Below, piece after piece: positions 1 through 11,732 of a stretch of 64,000 nucleotides of DNA. The notes under the pieces are model-generated. The model did not search any database and had not been told where the DNA came from. It saw nothing but the letters and a program-made list of their open reading frames with translations. The stretch's first letter is position 1, and each line of letters opens with the position of its first letter. The stretch is from the human T2T-CHM13v2.0 reference genome, Homo sapiens. The position numbers were made by a program, and so were the translations under genes. The DNA is taken from assembly GCF_009914755.1 (NCBI RefSeq), contig NC_060931.1. One strand, written 5' to 3'.

Positions 1-1619
1 ATATTCCTTCCTCAAAAGGTTCTTAAAAGTTTTGGTGATGGACACACTGCTCCTGATTTAGGTCATCAGGAAAAAGAATAAGCTCTGCACACCAATCAGA
101 GCTTATTGGCTCTGGCATCATAGACCCGTCAAATGCAAGGTATGTCCTGACTTCAAAGATGGAAAAGTATGAAAAACTATACTTATACCACTTCTTTCTC
201 CCTTCTTTTCTCCTCTTTTCCCTTTTTCCTTCCTTTTTTCCTTTTTATAAAAACCATTCTTTCATTCTAACTTCTTTGCCCCCTCACCTTAACTCTGCAC
301 AAAAAAACAGCTCAATGAGAATAACAAAGAAGTAATTTAAACAGGTAATAAGCATTGACTTTTAAAATTTGCTTCACATTTTGATAAAATAGTAGCTTGA
401 AGAATTCAATAATAAAGAAAGTGCAGCAAGCCTCTCATTCCAGAATAGAGCTGCACTTGGAAGTCTTTAAAAACATGTGTAAGTTATATTATTTAGAATC
501 CGTAGGAACTTATGAACTCATAAAAGGAGATAAAAGTGGTATTCAAATAACCATGCCTCCATATAGGAGGTACCTGGTTTTTATTTCTTCATGTTTTCAA
601 TTGCAGGAATTAACACATAGTGGGATATATCATTTATATATATGCAGTTTGACATAATGAGAGACTAGAAGATGATAACATTTTAGCAATACAAGAAAAT
701 AGAAAACACTTTTTTATTTTCTTGTTGCATAACCCTCAGCTCCATTTTCTTTTGACATAAAGTTCCTGTCCTGGTAAATTTTCTGCATATTCAAACAATA
801 TCACAATACAAATAAATACAAGAAAAGTAGCTTAATGTTTGACTTAATATGCAATTTGGTTTGTTTGTGTTAAAAAGAAAGATATATTGGTATCTCAGTA
901 ATTATAAAACCTTAGTAACTATTAGTTGGATGATCACTAAGGTAAGCTTTCTAATTTTACTTCTTAAAAATTTAACACAAAAATTAAAACTGAATTTTAG
1001 AAAATTAAAGTTCTTTACAATTGATACCATGCTTGTTTTTTCACATATTGGATAAAAGCACATAAATTACAAAGTAAATTTCAGTTGTTTCTATTTATGT
1101 GGGTATGTTTGTATGTGCCCATTTCAATGGCTGAATACTTATTAGCTTACATGGTCATGAAAGATGGCAGTGGCTTCCATATTCTGTCCTGTGATGTGAA
1201 GGTTATCTTTACATTTTTGGTGAATCTAGACTTTGGTAGTCATGTTTACTTAAATGAAGAAATTATCTGCGTACAAATAATAAAAATGATTTAATTCTTA
1301 TATATACAAAGTGTTCTCAGTTTTAAGAAAAAAAGATCATTTGGAAATAAAGTAATATCTAATCACTAAGTCCACAAAGAATGCATCTGAAAATCCAATA
1401 AAATAGTAAATATGTTGCTAACATCCATCAACACAGAAGATGTGTGCCTAACAAACTAGGTTGTTTTTTTCAGTGACACAGATGTGAACTCAAGGGGAAA
1501 AAAAAGAAATTAGAAACAAAAATTGGAGAATGGAATAATGGTAGATAACAAATTACAACTTTTTCTAGAATTATTATGTAGCCTTATACATGTCTCATAG
1601 CATATATTTGAAGTAAGTT

Positions 1620-1850
1620 TATGTCAGGGCATGAGATGACTAGGTAGTTTCAGAGCCTGGTTACTGTGCTAACATGGCAGTTCCTTAGTCTCACTCAACT
1701 CTAGTTTCTTTGTCTATAAAACAGAAATATTAGTGCCTATTCTTAAAATATTTGTGAGGTTTGTGTGAATCACAACTGCAGTAAATCAACTTACCGTAGA
1801 TTTATTGTATAAGTCAGTCTACAGTACCCGGTATGTTCAAAAGTAGCAGC
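1620..1850 (+). mobile_element. MIR SINE remnant
   Basis: Degenerate MIR core 'ctagtttctttgtctataaaacagaaatattagtgcctatt...tttgtgagg'; boundaries approximate. Confidence 0.45.
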
Positions 1851-1937
1851 ACTTACGAGTAGTAGTAGTAAAACTAATACTACCATTGAAATGATACTTT
1901 CACTTCAGGAAATGTATAAGGGATGACTGTTATGAGT

Positions 1938-2573
1938 TGTTGGGGCTCAAAACATGATACCCCAAAATACAGCACTTTGACATGCTTAACTAAAAGAAGC
2001 AGCCTCCAAGTCTCTCTGACCTTCCTCTTCCCCTCTCCTGTCTCTCCATCCTCTGTCTCCCACAAAGCAAAGGATAAGGCTATTCTCCGAAGTTCCCTTA
2101 TCTATCTGGAAGCCAGATCCCCAAGGAGGCACACAATTGCCTTTGATCCTTCCCATGAAATTTTATTAACCAGAGAAGATAAAACTCATAACATAGAGGA
2201 GGAGATTGAAAATTAAACACCATACCTGGAGTCCGGTCAAGCTTTGTCCCAAATCATTGTTGGTTCTCAGTCCCATCGAGCTTACAAAGATATCATTTAC
2301 AAGCTATTTTGTCTCCATGTTCATTTAATTCCCCTAAAAATCATTTACTATCCCTGAAAATACATTTCTCCCATCTCCTCTTCCCTTTGAAGAAGGGCAT
2401 ATAAGCATCTGAACCTCACTAGATTATTGAGTAATCATCCTCCTGCACTTCCCCCTTGCTTATGTACCTTAGATAAATGTGTTTGTCTTTTTCTCCTATT
2501 AATCCACGTATTGTCAGTTTATTTTCAAGGAATCCACAGAGGGCAGAAGGGAAGCTTTCCCTTGGCCACTACA
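1938..2573 (+). mobile_element. Solo ERV1-class LTR (MER39/MER34-like)
   Basis: Starts TGTTGGGGCTCAAAACATGATACCCCAAAAT and ends ...CCACTACA (TG..CA termini). Flanks gagt/gtgt fit a 4-bp TSD with one mismatch. Confidence 0.75.
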
Positions 2574-3199
2574 GTGTCAAACATATTCTTGTTCATGCCA
2601 GAATTCCTTCTTTTGGGGTTCAAGTTAAATCTCAGGGATCTACTACATTATAGTCTAATTCAAGACATCAAAGAATTTTTTGAAAAAGATTCTTTACATT
2701 TAAAATGTTGAATTATGATCTTCAATACTTTCTAAATTTGACCTCAGACCACCACTAAAGCCCATATTTCATAATAGAAGGAGAAAAGAAAGGTTGCCTT
2801 CTTTTTCTGATGTGAGTGGTCTACAACATTGACAACTTATCAACATTGATAACTATCATTGTTTCAGACTACTCACAACTTCAATGTTTTATTCCCAAAA
2901 CTACTCTATCCAAATTGCAAGTAGTGGACCAGGAATGTATAGGTCCTAAAGAAAAGGACCATAATGACGCAAAATGTAAGGAAGATGTTCTAAAGTAATT
3001 AGCTAGAAATACAAAGGGAACACAAGAAAAGCCATTATGCAAATAGACAGTCATTCAAAAACTAGTCTTCTGGAAAAAGTATAAGATCCATGGTGTGGAT
3101 TTCAAAGAGGGCGCTTCTTTTTAAAATCCTCTACCCTTCAAGCTAAGTCTTCAATTTATTACAATTCATTTCTGAAATGTCTGTTTAAGATGCATTTTA

Positions 3200-3624
3200 A
3201 GAAGGGGGGTCTAGGTATAGAACTATAAGTTTTCTGCTACAAAGAAGCATATAGTCCCTGAATTAGCTTCTGCTACAGTAAAAAACAAACTCAGAATCTC
3301 AGTCCCTTGCCCACACATTAATTTCTTGTTCATGTTATCTAAACATGGTGTGTTGGTCTGAACAGTTGATCACATTTCTTCTTACGCCAGAACCCAGGCT
3401 GAATGAACTGCCCTGCCTGGGGTATGTTGCTTTGCCAGCAGTCAGCAAAGGCACAAAAATTCTCAGCTGATTCCCACATGGCATCCAAAGCTTCAAGGCA
3501 GAGGTGGCAGAGGTCACATCCATTCTCATTTTACTTTCTGAAGTGTATCACATGGCCAAGCCCAATGCGGGTGAGTTAGGAAGTTACACTTCCTCCTGTG
3601 GGAGGTGAGAATAAGTATGTGTTT
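3200..3624. mobile_element. Old MaLR LTR remnant (MLT1J/K-like)
   Basis: Motif 'gtatcacatggccaagccca...aggaagttacacttcctcc' resembles old MLT1 LTRs; limits approximate. Confidence 0.4.
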
Positions 3625-3649
3625 AAACAAAACAAAACAAAACAAAACA
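3625..3649. repeat. (CAAAA)n microsatellite
   Basis: aaacaaaacaaaacaaaacaaaaca read directly. Confidence 0.85.
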
Positions 3650-3849
3650 CATTTACCCAAAATCGTGGGGAAAAAATGAAGATGCCACTAAAAGGCCAAA
3701 GTAAGAAACTAACAATGTAGACTGTACTTAATTATCTAGGAAGATTTCACAAAAAGAGAACTTAACACGTTGAAAACTAATGAATCATCTTCTTAGCCTC
3801 CAGCTCTATCAATCCATAAATAATGCCAACTCATACAAAATCTTGTATA

Positions 3850-4350
3850 TCTACCACTTCTCCTTGATTCCTACAGCCACACTCCTGGTCTAGGCTCACA
3901 GTACCTCTTGCCTGGTCCTCTAGAATAGTCTTAATGCTTCTACTTGGCCTCCCTCCAGGTGATCATCCTATTGTTGCCCTAGTAATTTCTCCATTAAGAA
4001 CGCTGAAAATGTCTTTCACTGACTCAAAATTCTTCAGAATCCCCCCATTGCTTACTGTTTAAGATCAAAAATCCTTGGCATTAAAGTGCTTCATGCCTTG
4101 GCTCCTGCCACCCAGTCCAGCCTCACTGTTTTCACTTGCTTCCACTCACATTTCCTGTTCCAGGGGCCTGAACCATACCTCATGTTCCCACCTCCTTATC
4201 CCTGCTCCTGATTACCCATGCTCCTTGATTAGAATGACCTGCCTTCCTTTTGTTTGTATGAACTCTTGTTCACCTTCCATGTTTCAACTCAAATAACACC
4301 TGCTCTCTGAGGTTGTCCTTATTCTCTGAGACAAAACAGGTGCTTGTTTA
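3850..4350 (+). mobile_element. L2 LINE remnant
   Basis: Pyrimidine-rich L2-like text ('ctggtctaggctcacagtacctcttgcctgg', 'ctcaaaattcttcagaatccccccattg', 'aactcaaataacacc'). Confidence 0.55.
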
Positions 4351-4660
4351 TCTATATTCCTACTGAATTCCATATATATCATTTTAATATATTATTTTAT
4401 CATCAGCCCAAGTTTATTTGGATTTACTCTTTACTGCCCATTGGATTCCTTTACTGTTCCTTTATTGTTTTATTATATAGTCATAAATGTTATCATTACA
4501 TTCTCCTCATGTCTTCCTCTGAGAACTCCCATCTGAATTTACCTTTGAAAGAAAAAATTAGTCTCATTTGTTCTTGATCAATATCTTTGTTTGTGATGTA
4601 ATTGACAGCCATCTTTAAGAAAGAAATTAGCCTTTCTAATCAAATTCTCAAGCAATTTTT

Positions 4661-4977
4661 TTTTTTTTGAGACGGAGTCTTATTTTATTTTATTTTTTTG
4701 AGACGGAGTCTTGCCCTGTCACCCAGGCTGGAGTGCAGTAGTGCGATCTCACTCACTGCAACCTCCGCCACCTGGGTTCAAGTGATTCTCCTGCCCTAGC
4801 CTCCCAAGTAGCTGGGATTACAGGTGCGAGCCTCCATGCCCAGGTAATTTTTGCATTTTTAGTAGAGACGGGGTTTCACCATGTTGGTCAGGCTGGTCTC
4901 AAACTTCTGACCTCGTGATCCACCCGCCTCGGCCTCCAAAAGTGCTGGGATTACAGGATGAGCCACTGCGCCCGGCC
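4661..4977 (-). mobile_element. AluS (Sg-like) with duplicated 3' terminus
   Basis: Full dimer; 13-bp TSD tcaagcaattttt at 4648-4660 and 4978-4990; terminal 'gagacggagtct' plus tail occurs twice. Confidence 0.95.
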
Positions 4978-5475
4978 TCAAGCAATTTTTAACATAGCTA
5001 TATGTGGTTTAATTGCTTGGCATTATAGTACCAGCAGTAGGGAGAGGCATCATGAAATAGAAATTATATCTGGGAGTGAGGTGAGCTTGAAGTATGCAGG
5101 AAGAAGTTATTTCTGGTGGCTGACAGGTAATCAAGAGTTTACATGTATTTACATAATGCAGGTATTTACATATTGCAGGTCAGAGATATCATTATAGCTT
5201 CATAAAGCAAATGAAATTTATATGTATATTGAAAGAGTGAGTTTATTCCAAAGAACACCCTTTTGGAATTTTCCTTAAATTTCTGAATAAACACTTTAAA
5301 ATTAAAATAAAATGTGTCCTGTGTTTTTTGTTTTCTGTAAAAATGGTAATATTTAAAATAGCAATTCTGTAAAATTCTATAAAAATAGTAATATTTTTAC
5401 AGAAAATATTACTACACATTTTGGAAAGAAGTTCAACTATCTGCTAACTAATGTACTACGGTTGAAAAAGACTGT

Positions 5476-5892
5476 TGTCTTGGTCTGTTTTGTGGGGCTG
5501 TCACGAAATATCTGAGACTAGGTAAATTATAATGAGCAGAAATACATTTCTTCACAGTTCTGGAGGTTGGAAGCCAAATATCAAGGCGCAGGAGGTTCCA
5601 TGTCTGGTAGAGACCCATTTGTCACTGATGATACCACCTAGTTTTTCTCACGTGATGGAGGGAGCAGAAAGGGCAGAAAGGACAAAAGGGAAAGAACTCT
5701 GTGTCTTCATATGGAAAAGGTGGAAGGGGATGAACCCAGTCTCTGGGGCCCATGGATGGAGGGTCCAGATCCATCCATGAGGGCTAGAGCCTTACAAGTT
5801 AATCCTCACTTAAAGGCCCCATATCTACACACTATCGTATTGGCAATTAAGTGTCAACATATGAATTTTGGGGACACATTTGGACCATAGCA
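5476..5892 (-). mobile_element. MaLR solo LTR (MST/MLT1A-like)
   Basis: TGTCTTGGTCTGTTTTGTG...cacagttctggaggttggaag...ggggacacatttggaccatagCA. Confidence 0.85.
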
Positions 5893-7149
5893 AGTATTCC
5901 TGTATTTTTCTGTCCTTCGCTGATGTGATAACCAAAGTGTCTGAGGACTGAGATGCCTTCTATCTCCCCAGTGGCCATCTCCATTCCTGAGTTGGATGGG
6001 AATCCTGCAAAAGGCGTCTATTGTGGATGGGGCATAGGTGAGACAGCTCTTGGGATGGCACCATTGGCATTTCTCATGTCCCTCCCAGTTTCTCTCTCCT
6101 TGGTGAAACAGACATGCATGTCTCTCCACTAAAAGGCTAAAGAAAGACAAAAGGGTGCCATCTGGAGCTGTCTGGCTATCCTTGGTCACGTGGCATCAAT
6201 GATTTTATTAATCTTCCACTCTTTATGATTTCCCTCTTTTCATTTCCTACCCATAAAATTAATTTCATCAGTGTCTCAGAGCTGATAAGATTCCCTGACA
6301 CTTGCTCGTGCTAAACAAAGTCATATGAGACTGATTGACAAAACCAACTTGTAATTTAAATTTCAAATTGTAATTATTAGGCAGACTAAACATTTGTGTC
6401 ATTTCAACCAGTGCATACTTTCCCAAAGGGAAGTAAATTTTCACGAGGTTGTACCATAAACATAACTTTGATGGAGGAGTTAAATTATATTATTAAAATT
6501 TAATATCATTAGTCTCCAATAGCTTTGTGCATCTCTTTAAAATATAAACCTTCCTTAAAGGCAGACTGAATAGTTTAAGTAACCTGGCAGGGCACTTTTT
6601 CTCCAATAAAGGGTCTGGAGAGCCATGATTAACTTTTGCCACTATAATTCTCCATTTGTCAGTCTTCTATTACTTAATGACTTCCATTTCTATTGACACG
6701 GCCTTTCTTTAGATAAGTCATTAATGACTTGAGCTGAAAAACATGTTCTACTGACATTACATATGTAATATGCATAAATTTTTAAATTCCCTTTTCAGTG
6801 GCCAATACTATTTCTAAGTACAGTTCATGCAGGAGAGAGTGAAGAACTTATCTCTTTCTACAGCTCTAGCCCATTGGTTTTCTCATCCCTGAGGCTACAC
6901 ACAACAAAGCTTCTTCTCAATTGACACCACTGCAGGTGTGCGAGGATGGCTCTGCTGATTCTCCTGAGCCAGTCTGAACACCTCTCAGCATCATATGCTC
7001 CTCTCTAGCTGCAAGGCTGCAATCCCCATACCATCCTTTGTATGTTCTCCAGTTTATCTATATCCTGCTTAAAGAATAATATTCAGAATGAGCAATATAA
7101 GCCAAGTGCGAAAAAAGAGCAGGAGTGCGTGTCTGTACTCCCTTCTCTC

Positions 7150-8100
7150 TTCTTCACTCAGTCATTCATTCATTCAGCCAACTCAGATTGGTGCCATGCT
7201 GTTCACTGACAACAGAAAGATAAATGACAAAGGTGGAGATTTAGACATGTACACATGTTGCAACAGTAGGATTCAGTTTCTTATCTCTTCCCCGGGAATG
7301 AGCTCATTCTAGGGGAGCGAGACACTCATTCCAGGGGAGGCAATAAGAAAACCCTCTCAAAGGAGGTGATGGTTGAGTTGTTTATTGAAAGATGACAATG
7401 GATTTTCAAATTAGAGAAAGACTTGAGAAACGGGAAAGGCATCCAGGTATGATTGGGAAATGCACAGACTCCAAAAGACAGGAAGGGGATATGGATCCAC
7501 AGAGCCACAGGACGTCAGAACAGACTAACCAGAAAGCAGGAGCTTAGAACAAGGAGCTCTGCAGGTCTTGCTACCTGGTTCCCTATCATTGAAAGCACCA
7601 GAGAGGCCTCACTGGAATCTAAACAAAGGAGTAGCGTTTCCTGATGGTAGATAAACTATCAGGTAAGTAAGTCCAATGAGTGTCTGCAGAGAAGAAAATG
7701 AAAAACCCCTAAGGGCAGGGGTGGAGACGCATTAGAAGCTTGGAGAGTAGCATCAGTGAGCCATGATGAGGCATGAATTCAGGCAGGGCTTGCAGTAAGT
7801 TGGTGGTACAATGTACTGAACTTAGAGCCTGAGTTATTGTGGATGCTGAGAGGAAGCGTTCCACGATAATTCCATGTTTCTGCCTTGAGTAATTAAAAGA
7901 CTGGAGTTGCTCTGTAGGGAGGCAGAAAGCTCAGCAGGAAGCACGGGTTGGAAGAAGAGAAGCAGCTGAGTTTTAGGCAAAAAGAGAGAAATTATTCGAA
8001 AAAAAATCAAGTATATTTTAGAAGATAATGTTAAAAGCAGTGTCAATAATTTCTTATATAAAACATATTTATAGAAGTAAGATGTGGGAAGCACCTAGTG
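7150..8100 (-). mobile_element. L2 LINE remnant (fragmented)
   Basis: cattcattcattca tail followed by purine-rich L2-like blocks. Confidence 0.45.
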
Positions 8101-9965
8101 AATAAAATCAGATAACTTATGAAAACTCAGAAACCATTGTGTAGACTTTATATACAGCATATAAGTCTGAAGGACTTTCCATGTAAAAATTGAATTTCCA
8201 TTCTTAGAAGTTAAGAGCTTTCTTATAAAGGTTTAAGTATGAATATTTTTATGTAGATTTTGCTTTAGGTAGGTTTCTTCTCGATCAGACTAATTTGGGG
8301 AAAAATAATATTTGAACATATTAATAATTGAGAGCGCTTTAGGGTTTTTTCACGAGAAGGAACTGAATTACCGAGGTTTTAACATATTTGATAAGCATCC
8401 TCAAGTGTCCTGGTTTCAGCTACCTCTCCCTTCAGAAGTGTTGTTTCATGTAGACACTTGTTTTCTATCATTTCTATAGATACTGAAGACTCAGTTTTCA
8501 GTATCTATAGTCTTCAGATACTGAAAACTCAGTTTTCTATCATTTCAATTACTAAACTCTTTGAAAAAATAAAATTTCATCTCGTCATTTCAAACTCAGG
8601 CTTATACATGGAGATTGTTAACAAGGCTTCTTCAGTAAAATGATCCTTCCATCTTTTGTTCTCAAATGCCAATGTAAACAAAACAGTTGATTATTTTATA
8701 TCCATTACAATCTTGACATTCATGGAAGGGAAGACTGCCTCTAGGGATGAAAGAAGAGCAAAATAAGAAATATCACAGATGGGTCAGGGGGAGCGCTGCT
8801 GTTGTGGTTGGAGAAGCAGCCAGAGCCAGGCCCTGTGGCGGGTGTCTCGGGGGTGGCCCTCCTGGAGTGGAAGGCCATGCAGCACCCCGGACTTCCCAAC
8901 TGCACCAGCCGCGGTGTTCCAGAGCCTGGGCAGGAGCACCACGCGAACTGAGAGGCCGCTCCCTGGGGAAGGCCAGCAGGTGTGGTATTTTCATGAGGAA
9001 CTGTGGAACACAGCGGCCAATAGATCCTCTGTTATATATTTAATTTTTCAATCATGATTGGCACTTGTGGAAGCACTCTAAGAAGTAAGTGAGTAGGAGA
9101 CAAACACATGGCCTAAGAAGCTTCTGAATAGTGTCTTCAATGGAGTTCCTGATATCATGGCTTCCACAGGCCCAACAGGACAAAAACTGTTTGAGGCATG
9201 CTTCCTCGGTGCAGTGAATATTCCATGGCCACTTGAGCAGACTTCTAGACTTCCCCAGCCTGGAATCACTCCTTCAGTGCAGATGCTTGTCCACCAAGAA
9301 AGCTCATTCATTTTCCTTGATAGGTGTTCTCTGGTTCTTCGAGCACCTCACAGGGTCTTGCTCCTCATGCAGGAGAGCTGGCGTCCCATCTTCCTCCTCT
9401 GACTTGCTGCCCATCCCTCTTCCTTGACCTGCAGAGCTGTCTGTGAGCACATCTCTTTTTTTCTCCTGTCAAATTCCTTTCTAGCTATGTTCCATCAGCT
9501 AAGTACAGGGCGTCTCCACACCGCTTCCAGGCCATGGTTCACACACAGGCCTGCCTGGCCTCTGGGTACAGCGGTGTCAGGCAGAGGTACTTTCCGTCAC
9601 CAGAAGTCCGTGCCTGTCGGGGCAATGGGTAATCATTCTTGGAGAAAGGTGGGTTGAATGTGCAGCTTGTGCATCCCTACCTGTCAGGATCCAAGTCCAT
9701 GAACGTGAACTATGCCGAAAGAGGAACCAACAGGCAGCCGCCCTGCACCTCCACACCCTCCCTCTAGGCAACAGTATAATCAGAATCTTAGCACAAGAGT
9801 ATTCGTCAAGAAGGGTTCTTCCCTCATCCAAAATAACAGAGTGGGTACTTCTGCTGTCCTGAGTCCAGGACACACCTGAGAAGCATTGCCCTTTGGAGCT
9901 GGACACTGTTCCCTCCCACAGCCAGGAAGACGGTTGGCTGTCCGTGCATCGGTCGTGCCCTCAGT

Positions 9966-10123
9966 CAGTGGTTCTCATAGGACAGTCTTCTATCAGCAGT
10001 GGCAACACCACCCGGGCACTGGGCAAATTCTCAGACCCTACTGCAGACCAACCAAATCAGAAACTCTGTGGGTGGAGCCCAACAACCTGGATTTAACGAG
10101 CCCTGCAGGTGATCCTGATGCCG
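9966..10123. mobile_element. MER5A-like hAT-Charlie MITE
   Basis: cagtggttctca terminus; 'aaattctcagaccctac...aatcagaaactctg...aacgagccctgcaggtgatcctgatgc'. Confidence 0.75.
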
Positions 10124-10577
<454 letters not shown>

Positions 10578-11420
10578 CTGTGCCACTGGGCCACGGGTGG
10601 CAATGGTCTCTGCAGTCCTATGTCTTGCCCCTAGTCTACCTCATGCAGATAAATGCAAAGGTAATATTTCAGCTGAAGACTGTCATTCTGTTTGTGGCCA
10701 CCTGCCTTCAAATAGAAAAAATGAGTAGGTGTATTATCTTGTCTGGGACCTGAAACTATCTGGAAGGCCTGATGGACAAAACTTGAACAATTTTGAATCC
10801 CAACTGACTCCATAGTAAGTGCTGCCACATTTGGTACTGGTGCAGAAACTCTATTAGCTCAGAGAAAAGTAACCTACTGAAAACTTTCAGAGGTTTTCAG
10901 ATCATCCATGCAGAGTATTTTCACTTGTGTTTTGAATTGGTTTCTTTGCCAGCACAATTTCAGTGCAAATAGCTCGGCAACGCCTCATTGTTGCAATTGA
11001 ACTGGATCCCATTTTTCCCTTTGATAACACCTTGCTGAGTTTCCCTCTGAAAAAGCCCCTCTGACAGCACATTTTCAGAATCCTGCTGTCTTTTCTATTA
11101 TTGCTTAGCCAAAACTTTGGCACATGAATTTTAGCTGTTCTCCATAGTATCAACTGGGCTTAGGCTATTGATCAGAGAGCAATCTGGCCATTTGCAGGCC
11201 CTGGATACCTTTGATTCCCTGCTGGGTCTCTGGCCTACAACTCTGAACATTTCAGCGAAGTCTTCCCGCATCTAAACACTCTTCTTCTGAGACCATCTCT
11301 GGGTTCCACTTGTGAGTGCATGGGAAAGAGCTCAGTGCCCTCATGCCCAGCAGAAAAGGGACTTTGTCCAATCTAGAATTATGTCTCTTGACTCTCATTT
11401 CTCCTTGCAGAAAATATTTA

Positions 11421-11732
11421 TTTTCTTTTTTTTTTCTTTTTCATTTGAGATGGAATTTTGCTCTTGTTGTCCAGGCTGGAGTGCAATGGCATGATCTCGG
11501 CTCACCGCACGCAACCTCTGCCTCCTGGGTTCAAGTGATTCTCCTGCCTTAGCCTCCTGAGCAGCTGGGATTACAGGCATGTGCCACCACTCCTGGCTAA
11601 TTTTGTAATTTTAGTAGAGACAGGGTTTCTCCATGTTGGTCAGTCTGGTCTCGAACTCCCGACCTCAGGTGATCAGCCTGCCTCGGCCTCCCAAAGTGCT
11701 GGAATTACAGGTGTGAGCCACCACACCTGGCC
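11421..11732 (-). mobile_element. AluSp-like
   Basis: Diagnostic 'gctcttgttg', 'gtgcaatggc', 'ctccatgttggtcag', 'actcccgacctcagg'. Confidence 0.93.

Noticed and set aside
6830-7140. Possible L3/CR1 remnant
   Set aside because: The resemblance is too weak to call without an alignment.
8780-8990. CTCF-like motifs (cagggggagc; ggccagcaggtg)
   Set aside because: Each matches only half of the core motif.
8747-9906. Cluster of overlapping ORFs as a gene or processed pseudogene
   Set aside because: No recognisable protein, tail or TSD; the ORF density is explained by high GC.
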